Shown piece after piece: positions 1-10,900 of a stretch of DNA of 64,000 nt; position 1 is the first letter of the stretch; each line of letters begins with the position of its first letter. Source of the DNA: Segetibacter sp. GTDB lineage: Bacteria > Bacteroidota > Bacteroidia > Chitinophagales > Chitinophagaceae. The notes below the pieces were generated by a model that worked only from the letters and a program-made list of their open reading frames with translations, was not told where the DNA came from and ran no database searches. The stretch covers positions 120,939 to 184,938 of the forward strand of contig JANPIM010000013.1 in assembly GCA_031425015.1 (NCBI GenBank). The letters run 5' to 3'. Both the position numbers and the translations under genes were made by a program.

Positions 1-3000
1 ACAGGGATCACTTATAGTTTAGATGCAAGCAGTATTGCAGCAGGCAATAGCATAAATAGTTCAACCGGCATAGTTACCTACGATGTCAACTGGAACGGTA
101 CCAGTGTGATTACTGCAACGGCTACAGGATGTAATGGACCATCTACTTCAAGCCATACAGTCACGATAAATGGATTGGTGAGTGCACCTGTATTTACACT
201 TGGTGCTACCAGCGTTCGGTGCCAGGGTGCCGGTTCAGCAACCTATACTGCTACCTCGAACAACACCACCGGTATTACCTACAGCTTAAACGCTGCGAGT
301 GTTACGGGTGGTAACAGCATTAATGCTACCACCGGTGTGGTAACATGGGCGACAGGGTGGAGTGGATCCACGATCATTACTGCGAGCGCAGCCGGATGTA
401 GCGGACCACAGACTGCTACGCATACGGTTACCATAACTCCAACTTTAGGGGTTCCTGTTTTTGCTCTGGGCGCTACTTCTACCCGTTGCCAAACTGCGGA
501 AACGATCTCGTACAGTGCCACTGCCACGACCAATACTGGAATTACTTATAGCTTAGATGCTGCAAGCCTTTCAGCTGGAAACAGTATTGATGTAAACACG
601 GGTAGTGTAACATGGGCCAATACGTGGAATGGCACATCTACCATAACAACAAGTGCTACCGGATGTAATGGACCAAGAACCGCTACTCATACCGTAACCA
701 CCACCGGCCTTGTTTCTATACCAGTATTTACCCTCGGAGATAATTCTGCACGTTGCCAGGCAGGTGCTAACATATTTTATACTGCCACTGCTAACAATAC
801 TACCGGGATTACCTATTCACTTGATGCAGCAAGCATCGCGGCTGGCGTTACCATCAATACAGCAAACGGCAGAGTGAGCTACCTGGCAGGTTATGTAGGA
901 ACCGCGTTTATTACCGCAACTGCTACAGGTTGCGACGGTCCGCAAACTGCGACACACACCGCGGTTACAAGTGGCCCGGTTGCAATTCCTGTTTTCACTA
1001 TTGGGGCTACTTCAACCCGTTGCCAGGGAGCCGGTGTTGTTAACTATGCTGCTACTGCCCTATACACAACGGGCATTACATATACGCTTGATTTAACTAG
1101 CCGCAATGCCGGTAATACCATCAATGCTACTACCAGCGATGTTACTTATGTTGCTGGTTGGAGTGGAACTTCTACCATTACTGCAAGTGCTGCAGGATGT
1201 AGCGGTCCCAGGACATCAACGCATACAGTTACCATTACGCCAACAGTGGGTGTACCTGTGTTTTCGCTAGGCGCTACCAGTACGCGTTGCCAGGCTGCAG
1301 GCCTTGTTACGTATACAGCAACCGCTACAAATAACACAGGTATCACTTATAGTTTAGATGCACCAAGTATTGCTGCAGGAAATAGTATTAACACAGCTAC
1401 CGGCGCAGTATCTTATGTTGCAGGTTGGTCTGGTACGTCCATCGTAACTGCGATTGCCGCAGGTTGTAATGGACCTTCTGCTGCCGTTAATCACACCATC
1501 ACAATTACCCCAGTAGTTGGCACTCCTGTGTTTGCAGCTGGTACTACATCTACAAGATGCCAGGGTGCCGGTTCAACAACTTATACGGCGACTGCCATTA
1601 GTACATCAGGTATTACGTACAGTTTAGATGCACCTAGTATAGCGGGTGGAAATACAATAGTGGCTGCGACGGGTGCCGTAACTTTTGCTGCGGCGTGGAG
1701 TGGAACAACAATAATAACCTCCAGCGCTGCAGGATGTAGCGGGCCACAAACAGCTACGCATACTATTACCATTACACCAACAGTGGGTACGCCGGTGTTT
1801 GCATTAGGAGCGTCATCGTCACGTTGCCAGGCTGCAGGTACAGTTAGTTATTCTGCTACTGTCACAAATTCAACGGGCATAAATTTTTCCCTGGATGCTG
1901 CAAGCATTGCCGGAGGTAATACAATCAACCCAGCTACAGGTGACGTAACCTACCAGGCCGGTTGGAGTGGAACAACAGTGATTACAGCCACCGCTACTGG
2001 TTGCAATGGGCCCAGATCTGCTACCCATACCATTACGGTAAATGCGCCGGTTGTTTCACCCGTATTTACATTAGGTACTACTTCTTCAAGATGCCAGGGT
2101 GCAGGTACGATTGGCTATTCAGCAACTGCTGCCAACAGCACTGCTATTAACTATACAATTGATGCTACCAGCGCAGCAGCTGGAAATACAATTGTCTCCA
2201 CTACTGGTGCCGTAACTTATGTAGCAGGTTGGAGTGGAACAACAACTGTAACGGCAAGTGCCGCCGGATGTTATGGTCCCGTAACTACTATTCATACGAT
2301 CACTACTACAGCCACTGTAGGTACCCCGGTATTTACACTGGGAAGTACTACCACAAGATGCCAGGGTTCTGGTACTGTAACCTATACCGCAACTGCATCG
2401 TTCAACTCTGGTATCACGTATAGTTTAGATGGTGCGAGTGTCACTGGCGGTAATACGATCAATTCCTCAACTGGAATGGTTACGTATGTAAATACATGGA
2501 GTGGGACATCTACCATTACCGCATCAGCTGCAGGATGTAACGGACCAAGAACTGCCACACATACCGTTACGATTACGCCAACGGTTGGATTGCCCGTATT
2601 TGCATTGGGTGCTTCATCTACCCGTTGCCAGGGTATTAATTCGGTAACCTACACTGCTACTTCAACCAACAACACAGGCATTACATACAGCCTGGATGCT
2701 GCCAGTATTGCTGCAGGAAATTCTATTAATACGTCGACAGGTGCAGTAACTTTTGTCGGAAGTTGGAGTGGTACTTCAACTGTTACAGCAGACGCCACGG
2801 GTTGTAATGGTCCCAGAACTTCAACCCATACAATTACTACCACAGCGACTGTAGCTACGCCCATCTTTGCTTCGGGTGCTACCTCCGTTAGATGCCAGGG
2901 AGCAGGAAGCATAAACTACAATGCATCCGCATCATTTAGTACCGGCATCTCTTACACGCTTGACGCAGCAAGTGTCATCGCAGGTAATACAATCAACTCA

Positions 3001-4983
3001 TCTTCGGGTGTGGTAACATGGGTAACCACTTGGAGTGGTTCTTCAGTTGTTACAGCAAATGCAACAGGTTGTAATGGACCATCAACCGCCACGCATACAA
3101 TCAGCACTACGCCAACGGTAAGTACTCCTGTGTTTATGTTCGGGGCAACCTCATCTCGGTGCCAGGCAGCAGGAACGATTTCCTATACGGCTACCGCTAC
3201 CAATGCTACAGGTATTACCTACAGTTTAGATGCTGCGAGCATCACTGGGGGCAACAGTATTAATGCAGCAACTGGTGCCGTATCATTTGTTTCATCATGG
3301 AGTGGAACCACAACCATTACTGCATCTGCGGCAGGTTGTAACGGGCCAAGAACTACCACGCATGTTGTAACGATCAGCGCACCTGTAACTACGCCTGTGT
3401 TTTCATCGGGTGCTACCAGTACACGATGCCAGGGAGCAGGTACGATTACTTATACGGCTACGGCATCTAATACTACAGGCATTACTTACACTTTAGATTT
3501 TGGTAGCACCACAGCAGGCAATAGCATTAATAGTACTACTGGTGCCGTTTCCTATGTTGCTACCTGGAGCGGCATCTCCATCATTACTGCCAGTGCAGCG
3601 GGTTGTTACGGACCCATTATAGCGACCCACACAGTTACTACAAGTGCAACTGTGGGTACACCGGTATTTGGCCTCGGAGCAGGTTCAACACGTTGCCAGG
3701 GAGCCGGTACCGTTGCTTATACGGCAACAGCCGCATCGTCAACCGGCATAACGTATAGCTTAGATGCAGCAAGTATCACAGCAGGTAATTCTATTAACTC
3801 TGGTTCTGGCACAGTCACGTATACTGCAGCATGGTCCGGTACATCCATTATTACTGCAAGCGCGTCAGGATGTAATGGCCCGAGAACAGCAACACATACG
3901 GTCACGATTAATATCACAGTAATTACACCGGTATTTACGCTGGGCGCAAACTCGTCGCGTTGCCGTGGCGCAGGAGTAGTTAACTACACTGCGAACTCTG
4001 CAAATGCAAGCGGCATCACTTACTCACTTGACGGGGCCAGTATAGCCGCCGGCAACACAATCAATCCCACTACAGGCGACGTTACCTATGTAGGATCATG
4101 GAGCGGCACTACAACTGTTACGGCAAGCGCCGCGGGTTGTAACGGTCCGAGGACAGCTACACATGTGGTTAGCGTAAATAATTCTGTGGGTGTTCCTTCG
4201 TTTGCGCTAGGAGCATCATCTACCCGCTGCCAGGGAGGGACCACCGTTTCTTACACAGCCACTGCTGCATTTAGTACCTCCATTGTTTACAGTATTGACT
4301 CCATTAGTATCATCGCCGGAAATACTATTGATTCGGTTACAGGTGTTGTAACCTTTATTCCTCAATGGAGTGGTGCTTCTACTGTAACTGCCACTGCGAA
4401 TGGTTGTAATGGTCCCGCAATTTCAACTCATGTAATAAACACTACAGCTTCGGTTGGTTTGGTAACTTTTTCGTTTGGACCTACATCATCAAGATGCCAG
4501 TCGGCCGGCCCGGTATCTTATGCAGCTACCGCCTCCAGTGCTACAGGCTTTACTTACAGCCTCGATGGGTTTAGTATCATGGCTGGTAATACAATTAATT
4601 CTATTACCGGGGTGGTTACCTACACGAGTACATGGATCGGTACATCAATCATTACCGCAACCGCAAGCGGATGTAATGGTCCTTCGGTAGGTACGCATAG
4701 TGCTGTTACCAATGGTGTCATGGGCAGTCTTTCTTTTGCACTTGGAAGTGCTTCTACACGATGTAGAGGTGCAGGCATTGTTACTTACGTAGCTTCAGCA
4801 CCAAATGCTACCGGCATCACATTTACTTTAGATAATGCAAGCCTTGCTGCAGGAAATGTAATCAATCCATCTACGGGTGGAGTTAACTTTGTTTCTACCT
4901 GGAGTGGCACCTCAACCATCACCGCTACTGCAGAAGGTTGTACAGGACCACGAGTTGCCGTTCATACCATAACTACCACGCCA
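1..4983 (+). repeat. Intragenic tandem array of 267-nt (89-aa) repeats, 18 complete plus 1 partial
   Basis: The Arg codon of the RCQ/RCR motif falls at 217, 484, 751, 1018, 1285, 1555, 1822, 2089 ... 4759. The period is 267 nt with a single 270-nt unit. Confidence 0.95.
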
Positions 4984-7900
4984 AATACCTGCGCATTTAC
5001 CATGTTCGATAAAGCCACTATCGAACGAATACCCACGGGCTCTAAGATCATCAACATGGGTATAGTACCTCAAACTATCGGTAATGCATTGAAACCTTAC
5101 GGACTGGTGTACCAACTTCTGGCTAACCAGATACCGGTGCGATGGGTATTCAATCAATCGAAACTGAAGGATGGAGTTGATCTCGTTCACAATGGAATTA
5201 CCTACCGGGGAAGTGCCTTTATTATTACTGCGCCTTTCTTAACACCTGCAATCAATTCGTTGATTTCAACATGGGAGGCAAAGGGGGTGGTAGTAAATAC
5301 CACCTTATTCGCCTTTGATGTGGAAGTAGCGAATACATTAAGGAGTAAACCTTTTTGGGTGATGGATGACCAAAATGGAAACATAGCAGTAGGATTTTTG
5401 CAAAATGCTGAAATACCATCAACAGCGTACATTTTTAAAAGTCCTGCCCAGCTAAATAATTGTGATGATATCTATGTAATGCCACATGCCGATCCAACAT
5501 GGGAAACTCATAAAAATTTATATTACTGGAACCTAAGTAATAAGGGCGGTATTTGGGCAGGTTGTCATGCAGTGAGTGTGTTGGAAAACGTATACGGACC
5601 AGATACTGCAAATGCCGCTGTTACACGCCGAATGAATTTTCTTATGAATGACGGTCCGGGCATAGGCAACTCAGCAGTATTATTTAATGACCATGCGAAT
5701 GCTTCACCACCTAATAACCAGCAATATCCCGGTACTCCCGTTATGCAGTTTATGGGCAAAACTGACCTTGCACATACTGGTGGATCTGAACAGGTTTTTA
5801 TGCCTAACAAGGCAGGAAGCTGGAGAAGTTCTACAATGATTGGGGTATTTGATCCATCGCAGGCTGATGTTCCTGCATTATCAAATGGTCCGGCAGCACA
5901 AATTGCTTTTGGACGTGCATTTGGCGATGATCAGCGGGGCTGGGTTCTATACGAAGGCGGACACAATATCAATGTAAGCAACCCTGATGGAATAGCAGCC
6001 ATGCGGACCTTCCTTAACTTTGGCTTCTTTAGTATCAGGGATAAACAACCTTCTGTGGTTGTAAGTGGAGCACCCAAAATTGCGTACAGCGGTCAATCGT
6101 ATGCGCTTAATGCAGTGGCTTCATCACAGATATCGACCTATGTTACGTTTAGCTACGAATGGACATCAAATTGCGGAGGTGTATTCTCTAATCCTTATGG
6201 GGCTTCTACAACATTTATTGCACCTACCGTTGCTTCTGCAACGCCTTGTGCAATTACTTGTAAAGTGACCGACAACTGTGGAAGACTAGTATTTGAAACG
6301 AAACCGTTGACTGTAACACCGGGTCCTAAAGCGCCATTGTGTGCCAGCGAAACGGTTATATACAATCCTTGTGATGGTAATTACATGACGGTGGATGTAC
6401 TCGCTAATGACTCAGATCCTGACGGTGGTGCATTATCGGTAACACTGCTTACTTCGGGTACCAATGGCACTTTCACGAATAATGGTAACGGTACGATCAC
6501 CTATACTCCGGGGTATGCATTTTCAGGGTCAGACAAAGTAGATTACTCCGTTTGTAATCCGAATGGAATGTGTTGCACTGCTACACTTACCGTAAATGTT
6601 GCGTTGATGGATGCCAACGGGTGTAGTCCTGATGAGTACTACACGATCGTTGGTAATATTACAGCATTGCGTGGCACTAGTGTAGGGGGAACTGCTATTA
6701 CTACCATTGGTGCTTCTACCAGTGACCCTGACGGAATAGTGGGCAACGCGGCCACGTATGCACTATTCTCTAACAAAAATCATATTGTCAATTACGCATT
6801 AAGTGCGCCTATACCAAAGGCAGATACTTTATACTTTTATGTTGATGGATCAGCAAATGCAGCGTATACGGTAAGTCAGAGTTCAGACAGTTTAAGCTGG
6901 ACTAACCCTATTCAATTTACATTAACGGGAACGGAAAACTTCCTGGCCTCAAGGGCAAACGCCTACCCGGTTTCCGCCGGAATAAGGTTTATTAAGGTTA
7001 CTATTCAAACAACTTCTGTGCAAATAGATGCCATGCAATACTTCGTTAGAAGTTGTGTAAGCGCAGCACCCGTTTCAACAAACGATGATGTGCAGACGCT
7101 GGAAGACATGCCAGTGATTATAGAGGTTGACGCAAATGATATTGACCCACGTGGTTTGCCGTTGAGGATTGCCCAGATCGTAGTAAAGCCAAAATATGGT
7201 GCGCTATCCATTAACTTGAATAATACAATTACCTACCTCAATTACAAAGACCAGGTGGGCAATGGCAGAGATACCTTTGTTTATCGTACGTGCAATACCG
7301 CAGAATTGTGTTCATTGGATACGGTCTACATCACAATCATAAAAGATAACTGCGCGCCAGGCAAGTACCGCCCGGGAACCTATAGTGTCTATTCATCTAC
7401 AATAAATCCTACAGCAGATAATTATTTGCGGTTGAATAATAACGGGACCAATTACGGTAACAATAACTCCATTGTTATCAAAGGAAAATCCAATGACTTT
7501 AAAAGAGGCATTTTACAGTTCAATACTTCCTTAATACCAAGTAATGCCATCATTGATGTGGCCACTTTGCGCCTCTACCAAACCAGTGGACCAACTGATG
7601 AAGCTTTAAAGATCCATCGTGTTACAACTCCATGGGCGGAAATGACCAGTACATGGGGCAGAAACAACGCAACAACCTTTTGGACAAACCCCGGTGGTGA
7701 CTTCAGTAATGTAATTGTTGCTGCAGGATTCTTAACTGGCCCGACCAATAGTTATAAGAGTTTCAACATAAGATCGGTTGTACAGGATTGGGTAAGCCAG
7801 ACCTATCCTAATTACGGAGTGGTGGCAACACGCTACCCGGAGAATGCAGGCACCAGCGACATTACCTTCAACTCTGTACAAAATGGATCGAACAGGCCAT

Positions 7901-10900
7901 TGTTATACATATCGTACCGGGTACCACTTGCATGTACCGATATACCGGCCTATGCGCCTTTGGCTATGCCAGATACCGCCACTACCAATTCAGTTCAGCC
8001 GGTAACGTTAACGGTAATGAGTAATGATTTTGATTACAACAATACCGGTTGTTCGATTGCTCTGTTAGGCACTACTACCGCCAAAGGTGGCACTGTAAGC
8101 CTAACTGCGGGCAATAAGATATTGTATACGCCACCTGCAACTCTACCTTCATTCAATGGTGTAGATACTTTTTCTTACCGTATGATAAACGGCACCTTCT
8201 CTGATACGGCTAACTGCTTTGTACTGGTGACCAATGCGCCGCCCAAAGCAAATCCCGACAGCTATATTTTGCAGTCAAATACGGCAACTACGCCCACTTC
8301 ACTTTCAAACGCCAACATCAGGGTAAACGACTCAGATCCAGAAGGTGCGGCGCTCTCCCTTCCAGTGGTCATAAAAGATCCGCGTAATGGCATAGCCACC
8401 ATTAATGGGTCTGGCTTGTTGTCTTATGTACCAAACCTAAACTTTCTTGGAAACGATACACTTGCCTACGAGATAACAGAGATGGCTGGTAACGGTTGTG
8501 TCCGGTTTAGAGATACCAGTACTATTGTGATCACGATTACCAATCGTCCGCCAATATCTGTTAATGACAACTTCACCTCCAATGCCTGTGAGGCAGTGAG
8601 AATTTCGGTGTTGAATAACGATATGGATCCTGAAGCGGGCAACATGACGGTACAGATCGTGACCCAGCCAAGTATTGGTTCCGTTGCTGTTATAAACAAT
8701 AACTCGGAAATTCTCTTTACACCACCAAGCGGCATTAGTAATATCACTACCAGCTTTACTTATAGAGCTTGTGATAATGCTACTCCTTCACTATGCGGCA
8801 ACACGGTTACAGTAAACGTAACCATCAGGCCGCTACCTGCTATAAACACTTCACCAGTAGCCGTTCGCGATACTTTTAGAGTGCCCTTGAACAGTGTGCT
8901 GTACGCAGACGTATTAACCAATGATTACGACCCGGATAAGAATGATTTCAGGTTGCCACTAACCATTGAAACCAATCCAAAAAATGGTTCTGTATTGCCT
9001 CTTCAAAATGGCCTTATCCAGTACATTCCAAATGCTTCTTACTTTGGCCGCGACTCATTCCAATACCGTGTGTATGATACCATCATGTCTATTGGTGGTT
9101 GTCCTGCAGCACCGGCACTTAGTTCTATAACATGGGTGTACATCCTGGTGCAGGATAAACCCATTGCTAATTGGGATTTGGCCGTGACGAGCAAAAACAT
9201 CCCTGTTACCATTAATGTTTTGAATAACGATTTATTTGGTGCATGGGGTCCGGCCAATGGAACAATATCAATCGTAACTGCACCAACAAGAGGTGCTGTA
9301 TCGGTGCTTTCAAACGGGTCGACGGTGCAGGCAAACAATACCCTCTCTTACACGCCAAATACCAATTATTTCGGTAGAGATTCACTGGTATACCGTATCT
9401 GCGATGCGTTTGGTAATTGCGATACGGCAATTGTGTACATCAGAATAGGGAATGATTCTGATGGCGATGGCGTAGCAGACGAGATCGACATTGATGACGA
9501 CAATGATGGTATAACAGACTATATAGAAGCCTGTGGTGCAGGTGCTACATCCTTCTCTTGTACTCCTGCCGGAAGTGACCCTTCAGGTGATGAGGACAAT
9601 GATGGTATTTTAAATTTTAGAGATAGTAAATGGGCACCACTGAATAGCAATGGGTGCTCCATATTCCTGGACACTGATGGAGATGGAGTGCCAGATTACC
9701 TGGATTTAGACAGCGATAACGATGGTATTGCCGATGTGGTGGAAGCACTCGGTGTAGATGCAAATGGTGACGGTATAATTGATAACTACTGCGACACCGA
9801 TGCTGATGGACTATCGCAAAACGTGGATGCAAATAATACAGGAGCAATGGGTAGCGGTTTTGGTTTAGGTGCTCCTGATTTTGATAATGATGGTTTACCG
9901 AACGCAGACGATGTGGATAGCGACAACGACGGCATACCGGACATTGTTGAATCTTATGGACAAGACTTAAACAACGATGGCAGGATAGAAGTGTTCACCG
10001 ATACAGATAACGATGGATGGGCAAATCAATTTGACGGCGACGCAGATGGAAATGGCATCGTAGAGAACGTAGCAAATGTGCTCATTGTTACCGGAAACGA
10101 CCCTGCCTACATTAATTGTGCGAGTCCCGGAACTGGAAGACCAGGTTGCTATCCTTTAAATGGTAATGCAGACAATGTTGGATTTCCAAACTTTATTGAC
10201 CTGGACAGTGATGGCGATGGAGTTACCGATGCAACAGAAAGTGGTTTAGCCATAAGTTATAGCAGGGGAATGGTGTCGGGATGTTCTTTGGTCAATGGAT
10301 GGTGTTCTACCATTCGTTCATTGCCGGCCCTGAACTTACGCAATACAGATGGCCATGGTCGTCCTGATGTCTACGATATTGATAGCGACAACGATGGAAT
10401 TACAGATAATATTGAAGCACAACCAACCCACAGTTATATAATTCCTATTGATCTGGATGGAGATGGTGACGGGTTAATTAATGTGTACGACTTTTTTGGT
10501 GGCGTTGGAGGTAATGGATTAACCCCGTATGATCATGATGCGGACGGAGTGCCAGATTACCGGGATACCGATACCGATAATGATGGAGCGCCCGATAGAA
10601 ATGAAGGTGATTACAGGAACAAAACAATGACCCAGGCTTTGATCAATGGAGACCTTGATAGTGATGGTGATGGCCTGATGGATTGTTTTGACATCAATGA
10701 TATTCGTTCCGAACTGTGCGGTGTTGGTTTCACCAATGTGAGCATGAGCAACATGGGTACCAATGGAAACTTCAACGGCCCTGCTCCAGGCGGATCATCC
10801 GTTCAATTGGTTCGTTCTTCTCCAACAGCTCCGGACCGTGATTGGAGAAACACTACCACGCTTCCCATCAATATTATCAGCTTTACAGGCTCGCTAAATA

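Noticed and set aside
279-5810. Many antisense or off-frame ORFs with recurring GPLHPAALAV-like motifs
   Set aside because: Shadow ORFs of the 267-nt coding repeats
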